A stretch of DNA of 47,343 nucleotides, counting the filler, from Jimgerdemannia flammicorona (taxonomy: Eukaryota), in assembly GCA_003990765.1 (NCBI GenBank). It is 2 parts of 2 records of this genome, joined end to end, with 100 filler letters (N's around TTAATTAATTAA, not from the genome) between each part and the next. Parts side by side here need not be neighbours in the genome. Positions count along the whole stretch, not along the records: positions 1 to 23,627 come from RBNJ01001088.1; 1 more part is not named here. The stretch is one strand, 5' to 3'. The translations under genes and the position numbers were made by a program. Shown here piece by piece: positions 1 to 10,569 of this stretch; position 1 is the stretch's first letter; each line of letters opens with the position of its first letter. The notes beneath the pieces are model-generated. The model was not told the origin of the DNA and ran no database searches. It worked only from the letters and a program-made list of their open reading frames with translations.

Positions 1-18
1 ATAAAGACTAATATATAT

Positions 19-278
19 TATAACATAGTAGATATCTAATCTCAGAAGTATGGCAAATTTCTACATTTTGAAAACTTAACTTGTTCTGACTCTTGTAGAG
101 TTCTCAGAGTATAGGAGAGTGAGTTTGAAGTATATTTGCCTGCAGACTTACTAGTTTCTTTGCTTTTTTTTTACTTTTGAACTATTTCAATTTGAGGTTT
201 CTTTACTCTGAGATATTGAGTTATTTATATAAGTTTGCTAGCTAATAGAGTGGCTAAGTTATGACTATATTTCCTATA
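19..278 (-). repeat. Family-B LTR, first part (split by element A; resumes ~6725-6810)
   Basis: TATAACATAGTAGATATC... matches LTRs at 32363, 39603, 42823 and 43746 (TGTAACATAGCAGATGC). Left flank is ATAT. Confidence 0.8.
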
Positions 279-740
279 TATAACAATTTCACAGTCATAT
301 TTAGTCTTAGTATATTTTTGTGTCTTTTAGTTAGTCTTTTCTTATTATTTTGAACATTCTACTATATTCTGCCACCTTTAACTTACTTAGAAACCTTCTC
401 TCAGTACCTAGATACCACTAAAACATTCTTGTCTTTCCTTGGTACCAAGTATCTTATCTTAGCTAGTTATGGAACCTTTTAGAACATTGTAGAATAGTAT
501 TAGTTAGCTTTGCTGAGAACTTATTTTTTAGCATTTCTCTTTCTTTCCAAGATCCTTCTGGATCTTTCTTTCAGATCTTATATAAATATTCTTGATCTCT
601 GTCTGAATAAAGCTCAGAATATTTTCTCTCAGAAATCCTTCAAGAACACTTGAACCTTTAAGTATCTCTTCAAGCTACTTTAGGCCAACTAGAACTTCCA
701 GATTTAGCTACTTCCTCTTTAAGAAACTAGAACCATTATA
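279..740 (+). repeat. Element A 5' LTR
   Basis: T(A)TAACAATTTC...CCATTATA (TG..CA termini mutated), with TATAAATA ~581 and AATAAA ~606. Homologous to 5907-6719 and 26072-26535. Confidence 0.93.
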
Positions 741-742
741 CT

Positions 743-756
743 TAGTAGCAGCAGTG
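743..756 (+). promoter_or_regulatory. Primer-binding site, initiator-Met-tRNA-like (TGGTAGCAGC)
   Basis: TAGTAGCAGCAGTG lies 2 nt after the LTR. The same motif reads TGGTAGTAGC at 26538 and TGGTAGCAGC at 10520. Confidence 0.7.
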
Positions 757-830
757 TCATTACACTTTGCCTTATTAAGAAACCTCACACAAATTCAGAA
801 ACCAGTCACAAATAGTCTCACAAACTCAAA

Positions 831-1790
831 ATGAGCTATGAAGAGTCAGTCTACCAGCCAGACTCCTCTGCTACAGAAGAAGCAGGAGGACAGCAACTCA
901 GCATAGAGGACATAATCAATGCTATGACCTACCAAATCTAAAAACTTCAAGCACAACTAGAATAGCAGAAAATACAAACTGCAGGTACATCATATCTTAC
1001 TATAGTACTAGTCAGTTTTAAGTCACTCAAGTCAGATATCTTCAACAGCTATTGAGAAGGACTATCTATAGATGTATGGACCTTCCAGTTAGACCATCAC
1101 AAGAGTGAAAGATGATATGTAAGTCCAATTTGCCATCACACTTCTCTGAGAAAATACAGCCATCTGGTAATACAATTATATAATAGTTATATCTATATAC
1201 TCATATGTACAAATCAGAGATTGGGAAGCTTTCAAGAGAACCCTTTATAAGTAGTTCAAGCCTACTAATACCACCAAGCTAGCCAGGGACAAGCTAGTGA
1301 ATATCAAGCAACTCAAGTCTATACAAAGCTATAATATACAATTCTTGTTAATCCTACTTGAGCTATCAGCAATATCTGAGAATGAAAAGATAGACTGCTA
1401 TATCTGAGGCCTGAAGAGAAACACACTAGTCAAGGTCAAGCTAGAAGAGTTCAAAAACCTTAATAAAGCCATGAGAATCACTGATAGGTTTGATGTTATC
1501 ACCTTTGGTAACTGCTTCAAACCAGAACATCACAAGAAGAACCACTTCAAGAACTACTACAAGAACTAACTAAGAACAGTTGGCCTGGCACCAATGAACC
1601 TAGATACCATAAACAAAAAGAACACCAAGCTCACTCCTGAAGAAAAGGACTACCTGAAGAAATCTAGAGCCTGTTTCTTCTGTTGTCAAATAGGACATAT
1701 TGCAACCAAATATCCTAGAAAGAATAGCAAACCCTCAAGACCAGTCACCATATTGTCCAAGGACACATCTGTCAACCCCACCATCAGTCA
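831..1790 (+). pseudogene. gag: Element A gag with CCHC zinc knuckle
   Basis: ATG at 831, PMNLD motif and CFFCCQIGHIATKYP knuckle in ORF 1594..1953; many in-frame stops. Confidence 0.85.
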
Positions 1791-1791
1791 A

Positions 1792-2203
1792 CCTGAGCTT
1801 AAGATCAAGAAGCTTCATCCAAAGGCCCAGATCTCTCAATATCAAATAGAAGAAGCCATTGGTCTTGACCTACACTCAGTCAAACAAGTCACTATTCCAG
1901 CCAAGGACTATACTCTGGTGCCTACTGAAATTGCAGTTCAATGTCCTAAATGATATTATACCAGAATTGCACTATGATTAGAACTCAGTATCAAACATCA
2001 GTTAGATATAAGTACTAGTATCATTGACTCAGACTTTTAAGGACAAGTCCAAGTTCTACTTATCAACTAGAAGAATCAAGACTATACAGTCAAGGAAGAA
2101 GACCAAGCAAATGATTCTAGAAAAAGCCAGTCAACTCAAGATTATAGAAGTCCAAGAACTCTCTAAAACCAAATGTGATCAAAAGAGTTTTGGTAGCACT
2201 GAT
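1792..2203 (+). pseudogene. dut: Element A dUTPase domain between Gag and protease
   Basis: LKIKKLHPKAQI..AIGLDLHS..LVPTEIAVQCP..IIDSDF*GQVQVLL..QMILEK..SFGSTD, i.e. trimeric dUTPase motifs. Confidence 0.9.
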
Positions 2204-2239
2204 CAAGCAGCAAGTCTTAGTGAAAATCGAGCTCAAGCT

Positions 2240-5200
2240 ATGCTCATTTTCAAAGGCCTAGTCAAAGGAAAAGAAGTTCAAGTACTCATAGACAGCAGAG
2301 CTGCAGGGAACTTCATCAATCAGAATCTCATCAAAAGTCTCAAGATCCTCACCAAGCCTGTATCCAAGAATAATAGTATAGTTACTACAGATGGTACTCT
2401 ACACCCCATTGAGTCAATTACTACTAAACTGCCTATCAAAATCTAGAAATATTGGGAATGAGTAGACTTCGAGGTTGCATCACTAGGAGATCATAACCTG
2501 ATCTTAGAAAAACCCTAGCTTACAAAACACAACCTAGATATTGATTGGTGTAAAAATGAAGTCACCTTACTTTAAGATGGAGCCAATATCACTATTAAGA
2601 CAAATAAGACCACAAGCAAGATCTAGATTGTAATACTGTCAGCTATACAGTACAAGAGAGTACTCAAGAAGACAATGCATGCCTTTATTATAATGATTCA
2701 TTCCAAGAAACAAGACAAGAGACTATCAGTTAATGAAAGTGTCAAGTTACTGCTAGAAGAATTCAAGGATATCTTTCCAGACAAGCTACCTGATCTACTA
2801 CCTACACAAGAAATTAATCATGAAATTGAACTAATCTCAAGGGCTGTACCATCTAAGAAACACATATACTACATATCATCACTTGCAATTGAAGCAGTCA
2901 AGAAGGAACTAGAAGAACTACTTATATGAGGAGCCATCTAGTCAAGCAAATCTCCTTATGACTCACCAGTCTTATTTATCAAGAAGAAGGATAATACTCT
3001 GTGAATGTGCATAGACTACCATGCACTCAACAAACTCACTGTCAAGAACTGCTATTCACTACCCTTGATTGATCAAATCTTTGATACTCTCAAGAATGTC
3101 AAGCATTTCACCAAGTTAGACCTTATATCAGAATACCACCAGATTCAAATCAAGCCAGAAAACATTCCCAAGACTGCATTCATGACTCTCTTTGAACTCT
3201 ATGAATTCCTGGTCTTAGTATTTGGTCTCACCAATATACCTGCCACATTCTAGACTCTGATGAACAAGATATTCAAGGACTAACTATTTATTTCCTGTTG
3301 GTATATCTTGATGATATCCTGATCTTTAGTACAACTAAAGAAGAACACCTCAAACACATTCAAATAGTCCTGGAGATCCTGCAAAAACACAAGCTTTATG
3401 CTAAGCTCAAGAAGTGTGAATTCTTCAAGGAACAAGTCGAATACCTTAGCCACATTGTCTCTGCACAAGGAATTCAAGTAGACCTACACAAGATAGAAGC
3501 AATTGAAGAATGTCCCATTCCATTGAACCTCACAGAACTCTGATCCTTCCTTGGTCTAGCTGGCTACTACTACTACTTTGTTAGAAACTTCTTTGGTATT
3601 GCCAAATCACTGACTAATCTCATGAGGAAGGCCCTATACTCAGATTACTATATATCCTACATCTGAGATCTCTTCTGTCAACAAGCCTTTCAAGAACTCA
3701 AGAACCACCTGACCCATGCTCTAGTTCTGCATAATGCAGATTGAGACCTAAAATTTATAGTTACTACTAATATATCAAATTTTGCCATTGGAGTAGTCCT
3801 GTTACAAGATGATGGCAAAGGACATCACTCTAATGCTTTTGAGTCCTGCAAGCTAGCCCTAGCTGAACAAAAGCCAGCTACTCATGAGAAGGAACTACTA
3901 GCAATAATACATGTACTAGATTACTGGCAATGCTATCTAGAAGGTATTGAGTTTGATATCATTTCCAATCATCAATCTCTCAAGTACATCAACACTCAAT
4001 CTACTCTGTTATATCTATAAGCCAAGTAGAGCCTCAAGCTTCAAACCTTGAATCTGGTGATTATATACAAGCCTGGAAAGATACTTATAGTATCAGATGC
4101 CTTATCAAGATGCCCAGATCTCACCACAATTATACAGGTCACCTTGGCATCAGAATTCCTAGACCAAATCAGACAAGCTTACAAAGAAGATATAGTTGCT
4201 ACTAGAGTTTTCTCAAATGAGCTCAAGGATACATATACTGTCAAGAACAACCTGATCTATCATCAAGATCAAGTCTACCTATCTGAAAACATGAACCTAT
4301 GCTATAAGGTTTTACAAGAACACTATGACTCCCCTCTTGCTGGTCACCTGGGAATTGAGAAGACTATTAAGAACATCCAATGCTACTACTATTGGCCAAA
4401 TATGGTCAAGGAAATCAAGAACTATATTACCAGCTATGATCTATATCAGTACAACAAGTCTACCAACTAAGCACCAGCTGATTTTCTAAAACCACTGTCA
4501 ATTTCTACTAAGAAATTCAAGTAAGTCATGATGGACTTTGTAACTTAACTACCCCAAACTCAATCTGATGCTAATGCTATTGTCATATTCATTGACCACC
4601 TAATCAAGACTATGGTTGCTGAACCAACTACTATCAATACTACTGTATCTGAAATTGTAAGAATCTTCTTCAAGTCCATCTTCTGTCACTATGACCTACT
4701 ATGAGTAATTGTCAGTAATCATGATCCCAAGTTCACCACTCACTTCTGGCAAACTCTCTTTAAGACTCTGGAAACCCAATTGGCTATGTCTACTGCCTTT
4801 CACCTACAAACTGATGAACAGACCAAGTGCATGAATAGAACCCTAGAACAAATACTTAGAAACTATGTTTCTTATAAGTAAGATGATTGAGATCACTATA
4901 TGACTTATGTAGAGTTTGTATATAACAATGCCATCCAATCATCTACTAGTCTTTCCCCTTTCCAGTTACTCTACAGTTAAGATCCTGAGACTCCTGCAAG
5001 TCTATTCTTTTAAGAAAACCAGTCAAATACAAGTCCCAACTACTAAGAACCTTATAGACAAAATGGATGAACTACTCAAGATTGCTACCATGAATCTTCA
5101 AAAGACTCAACAGTATCAAGCTAAGTATGCTGAAAAGAAATATTATGATATCACTTATACTGTTAGAGATCAAGTTCTACTATCTACCAAAAATCTCAAG

Positions 5201-5605
5201 ATACAATCTCAAGTCAACTGCCCTTTGAACAAGTTCCAACCCAAGTATATCAGATCTTTTGAGATTACTGAACAAGTCTCTGCATCCTCCTACTGTCTCA
5301 AGCTATCTGAAACCATGAGAGTACACCCAGTCTTTCATGTGTCACACCTCAAGACCTAGAACTAGTCACTACTCTACCCTGGTTGAATTCCTAAGCCTTC
5401 TGCCCCTGTGATTATTGAAGACCATATTGAGTATAAAGCTGAGAAAATTCTTGACAAACAAATCTACCACCACTGTTCTGAATATCTAGTCAAGTGGATG
5501 AGTTATCCTGAATATAATGCTACCTAAGAACCACTGGTCAACCTCAAGAACTCTCAAGATCTAGTTCAAGACTTTAATACAAAATATATTGCCCAATCCC
5601 TATAG
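2240..5605 (+). pseudogene. pol: Element A pol (aspartic protease, RT, RNase H, integrase, chromodomain)
   Basis: VLIDSRAAGNFI; MCIDYHALNK; VYLDDILIFS; HYDSPLAGHLG; VHPVFHVSHLK; chromodomain YKAEKILD..YLVKWMSYPEYNAT*EP at ~5430-5580. Confidence 0.95.
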
Positions 5606-5714
5606 TGACTTTCTTGAATTATTGATGACCTATGGCAATGACCAGTACCTTATATATCAGATATTTACTTTGGGACCCTGGAACCAGCAGAATATTTAAT
5701 AAACAAGAAGTCTA

Positions 5715-5825
5715 CCAAAATGAAGCTACTAGCTGGGTTTGAACCCCTCTCAGTTGGTTAGTCTGATAATAGGCCCTCTGCTCTATATGAGGATTGCCAA
5801 TCTCTGTCAATGCACTAATACAAGT
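5715..5825 (-). other. Degraded antisense A-box/hairpin/B-box (tRNA-like) module
   Basis: GGTTTGAACC at 5736-5745 (decayed GGTTCGAACC) and GAGGATTGCCAATCTC hairpin at 5789-5804; collinear with 14005-14100. Confidence 0.4.
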
Positions 5826-5893
5826 TTGAGAAATTTTGGTTAAGTATATCTAGTCTTGTGTTACCTAAGAACTCAATAAGGATATTGGTTCTT

Positions 5894-5906
5894 AAGAAGA
5901 GAGGGA
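5894..5906 (+). promoter_or_regulatory. Polypurine tract of element A
   Basis: AAGAAGAGAGGGA immediately before TGTAAC. Confidence 0.85.
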
Positions 5907-6719
5907 TGTAACAATTTCACAGTCATTTTTAGTCTTAGTATATTTTTACATCTTTTAGTTAGTCTTTTCTTGATATTTCTTGAACATTCTACTATGTTCT
6001 GCCATCTTCTACTTACTTAGAAACCTTCTCTTAGTGCTCAGACATCACTAGAACATTCTTATCTTTCCTTAGCACTAAGTATCTTATCTTAGCTAGTTAT
6101 GGAATCTTTCAGAATATTTATTATATCTAATACTCTCAAATAAATTAAATCAATTTAAATCAAATCAAATTGAGAGTGATTCAAATTAAATTGAATTGGG
6201 AATTTTTCAATTCAAATTAAATTGAGATCTGATTTGATTTAAAATTGAAAGTCAAACTTTGAAATACAATAACTTGATGAAAACATGTATAAATTTGATG
6301 AATTTTAGCTTGTTGGATTTATCTTGATAAGGTGAATCCAGTACAATAAAGATTATTAAATTTGGATATTTTTCAATCAAGTTATTGAATTTTAAAAATT
6401 TAGATTCAAATTGAAATTCAAATCAAATTAAACCTTAATTTGATTTGAATCAAATTGAATTGAGCTATTGTAGAATAGTATTAGTCAGCTTTGCTGAGAA
6501 CCTATTTCTTGATATTTCTCTTTCTTTCCAAGATCCTTCCAGATCTTTCTTTCAGATCTTATATAAATATCCTTATTCTCTGCCTGAATAAAGCTCAGAA
6601 TATTTTCTCAGAAATTCTTCAAGAATACTTGAACCTTTAAGTATCTCTTTGAGCTATTTTAGGTCAACTAGAACTTTCAGATTTAGCTGCTTCCTCTTTA
6701 AGCAACTAGAACCATTACA
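5907..6719 (+). repeat. Element A 3' LTR (contains a ~350-bp insertion)
   Basis: TGTAACAATTTC...CCATTACA; collinear with the 5' LTR except 6119-6465. Confidence 0.93.
6119..6465. mobile_element. Non-autonomous foldback/MITE-like insertion with central ~120-bp hairpin
   Basis: Absent from the two sister LTRs and flanked by TATT/TATT. Hairpin CAATAACTTGAT(6267)...ATCAAGTTATTG(6387) with inner TGGATTTATCT/AGGTGAATCCA. Flanks are TCAAA/TTGAA pentamer arrays. Confidence 0.75.
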
Positions 6720-6810
6720 CTGTAAGTCATTTTTCACAAGTATTAAATCTTTTAATATCTGCTAAAACTTTGACAATTGCCAAAAGTTTAACATCTGTGA
6801 AATCTTCAAT

Positions 6811-7980
6811 ATTTTTTTTTTTTTTTTTTTTTTTTTTCTTTTTTTTTAATGGACTCAAAGTCCCATGGATTTTTATTAGAAGGAAACCTAGACTATATAG
6901 GCCAAAACCCTCTCCCACCACCTATCAAGCACTGCTCTCTCATTAATCTAGGCTAGTTATTGTCCAGCAGCTTGACCATATTAGATATAGCAGGGCCTAT
7001 AGTGGTCCATACCTCATTCTATACACTATGCTCTCTCTACTATCAGGGAGAACTCAGCCATATATTAATAACTAAAAGTGTATACCCAAAACTCCAATGT
7101 ATATATAAGGTCATATCTGAGCTAAATAGAATAGTCCCTACCACTCCAAGGAGAATGACAGGTAAAGAAAAAACCCTCATCAAAGTATATTACAGTGGAT
7201 AGGGCCTAGTTCTCTCAGATGAGGTAAGTAAACAACTTACATATAAGGCAGGAGGAGACCTCCAATACTCAAGTCTGTAGACCTTGATCACATTATTATA
7301 TTAGCTCCTGGTTCTAGTTGAGTATAGTCAAGACACCTTAAATAGATAGCTTCAGGCCCCCCAATCCCCCTCAATGACCAGAGCCCAACCCCACATATTG
7401 CTAAAAGAAGTTGAGAGTAATACCTACCACCTAACTGCTCTGCATCAATCAAAAGACCCCACCAAAGTAGCACTTGCCCCAGCCCTGATGACTGCCCTCA
7501 GCCTAGCACCCTATTGGTTTACTGTAATTGTTCTTCCTCTTATCTATGATGGCCATCTCTCCTTTCATCCTAACAATACCCAAAAAACAGTTATCTATAC
7601 TAGAACTGTGCTTGCTGAGAAGCTTGCCAAAGCCAGAGAGCCCTACTATAGATACTGAGGACCTATAGGTAGTCTATACTGGGCACTTGATGCCCAAGGT
7701 TGGCCAACTCCCTATGTAATCTGTAACATACCAAGACAACATCTTGTTATTGATAGCAAAAGAAAGAAAGTTCTACACCAAAATGAGTACACTCCAGATA
7801 TAGCCAAAGATACTAGAAACTGTGAAAAAGTAGAGAAGATACCAATCAAATACTGATAAAAGGGCAACTCATCACCATTGTCTCTCTCCCACTGCTCTGC
7901 AACAGGTACAGCAAACCAATCTGAGATAGAGGGGGTATTAATTGTAGAAAGTAGACTCAGAATATTACCTACCAAACTAT
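6811..7980 (-). mobile_element. 5'-truncated non-LTR retrotransposon (LINE) 3' fragment
   Basis: Poly(T) at 6811-6848 is a poly(A) tail on the minus strand. The degenerate minus-strand coding has a ..FFFTC.. zinc-finger-like remnant. The right boundary is approximate. Confidence 0.55.
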
Positions 7981-9753
7981 TATAACTGATAAGGTAGTAG
8001 AGAAAGAGATATTGTATCTTTTTTAATCTTAATAAATATTATAAATATATTTCTATCTTTCTTATTCTCTTTTATTTTCAGAATTATAATTATCTTTTAG
8101 ATATTATAACTCTCATATATATTCTTTTTTTATTAGTTTATTTATTTAAATTTTAGTTAATAGATTTCTCTTCTTTAATTTTTTTTTTGAATTATAGTCT
8201 ATTTTAAAGTACTATCCTCTTTCTCTAACTTCTCAATATTTTTCTTAATTATTTCTTTTTGTTTCTCTCTCTCTTTCTCTTATAAATCATATTTCTCACT
8301 CTTATTTTTATTAATAATATTATATTTATCTTTCTAATAGTTACATCTCTATGATATAATATATATTAATACTTATATCAAATAAATCTGTACTAATAAT
8401 ACTATATTCAATCTCTCTAAATCTAATGTTTTTTTCTCTATCTCTCTCAATCAATATTTATAGATATGTTCTCTCTTTTTTCTCTTTATATATATATATA
8501 TATATATTAGTTACATATATATTATATAACTTTGCTAGTTAACTTAACTATTAAGATTTTAAATCATTTTGATAAAACTTCTTTTATATTAAAAGATATT
8601 TAGTTCTTTAGTAATAGTTATATTTTTATAATATATTTTTTATTTTATTATATATTTATATATTTTTAACTTAATTATATACTTTTATTCTCTTTTACTA
8701 TCTCTAGTAGCTCTCTCAATCTCTCTTATCTTTTTACTGATAACTGAAATATTGATACTCTATATTAATATCTTAATCTTCTCTATATTATTTACTTATA
8801 CTATTATCGAAATTATTATTATAAATAAAATTTGATATCTCAGTTATTATAACTATTAACTTATTAGTATCTTATATTATTTTTAATAATATAACTAAAT
8901 TTCTATTTATTCTCTTATTTATTAACTTAAAGTTATTAATTATAATAATATCTCTTTTTTCTTTTCTTAATATTTGACTATAGTTAAATTAATTAATCAG
9001 ACTTTTCTCTATACTTTTTTTAACTATAGTACTTTTGTTTTTTGTTTTTTATTTTTGTTTTTTTTCCATAAGTACTAGACCTCTTTATTATATAACTAAT
9101 CTATAACAAATAAATAGTTCTCATACTACACCAGTAGCCTCAACCCAAATTTACTCAACTCTACCTCACCTCAATATATTCTCTCTCCTCTACTCTCTTT
9201 TTTTAAAAAACTATCAGACTATTAATTATCTCAATCTATCCATTACTCCTCTCATATATCTCTTCTACCAGATGATGATAGTAACTTCTTTAAGAGTTCT
9301 ACTTCATCAGTCTGATAGAATATCTATCATCAATTGTCTCTATCTCACTATTCTTTTCCCAAAAACCATCTGTCTTCTATCCTCAAATATATATAGTCAG
9401 TATCTAGTCAACCCTACTCATACTGTCAATATCCACCCAAAAGGAAGCTACTCATTATTGACATATTTCACCAACTACTCTCTCAAGTTATTGCATCTTT
9501 CCTTCTCTCTACCATCTTACTGTCTCACTTTTAAATAACTCCCAACTATTGCTCAGAAGTCACCAAGTACCTAATACTCACTCAGCCAATGTTCAGATAT
9601 CTGTACAATCTCTCTCTTCAGCTCTACATTATAACAATTCTTATACTTGAAAATTCCTCCTTTTATTAAGTATCTTGATTAAAAGTTTAACATAATATTT
9701 CTCCTCAAGATATACTATTACATATATCACTCAGAACTTTAGAAGAAGTCACT

Positions 9754-10516
9754 CGAACAGATACGACGCGACGAGCGATCACGTGACCCGGCGATGACGT
9801 CATCATACGATCGAGCGCGACATATGAATAGTGAGTGACGAACGAACGAACGATGCGAAACGACGCGGAAAACGATATCCAGCTTATCCCCAACAATCGG
9901 CGCCGCAGCAACAGTTGCCACAGCAGCTGATCATTGCCTAGTAATTGAGGTCCTGATCACAAAGTTGTTTTTACCAAAAAAACCACCTGACAAAGGTCAC
10001 CATCACAAACCTCATTATAGTTACCAAATTAGTCACTCATACTTAGTCAGAAATCGCGGACCAACTTGTATAAATACCCCCCAGTTTCTATCCGAAATAA
10101 AGCAGTTTTAGTTCAGTCCTTGATACAAGAATCAAGTCCCCCCCACACACACACATTCCCCTGAGTCTTAGTAATGACATCTAAGTGACTCTAGTGTTTC
10201 TGACTAAACTCCAGAAGCCTAGCTAACTTCTGCCAGAACTGAGACCGATATATAAATCCCCAAAGACTTAAGTAAACCCATTGAACCTGAATTCCAAGGC
10301 GAATTCAGTCTGTGCACAGCAAAGAACAAGACCCTCAAAATAGGGCACAAGAGAAAGACCTTTGAAAGATAAGGCACTGTCACTACAACTACTTTAAGCA
10401 AGCGCTTCCTCAACTGAAGGCTTCTTGGTACACATTGTGTACTAAGTCCCTAAGTAATAGTCCACTTCCCTAAATATCCAAAGGATAAGAGAGGGATAGA
10501 AGTGAGAGTTATTACA
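9754..10516 (+). repeat. Element C 5' LTR, CpG-rich U3
   Basis: Near-identical to 15203-16002; ends GTTATTACA; TATAAATACCC at ~10069. Confidence 0.93.
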
Positions 10517-10569
10517 ACTTGGTAGCAGCAGATTACCAGCTAAGAAGGCACCAAAGAACACACTCCTGA

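Larger units (their letters stand above)
279..6719 (+). mobile_element. Element A: full-length degenerate Ty3/Gypsy chromovirus (gag-dUTPase-PR-RT-RH-IN-CHD)
   Basis: Paired LTRs 279-740 and 5907-6719. 5-bp TSD CTATA (274-278)/CTGTA (6720-6724). PBS and PPT present, with pol motifs in Gypsy order. Confidence 0.95.

Noticed and set aside
6727..6921. Poly-Lys ORF (and the poly-Phe ORF at 35786)
   Set aside because: These read through LINE poly(A) tails.
9705..9921. Repeated ORFs MATVAAAPI.../MLRRRLLG... (also 15152-15377, 23066-23463)
   Set aside because: They recur only because the LTR is repeated, and are low-complexity translations of the CpG-rich array.
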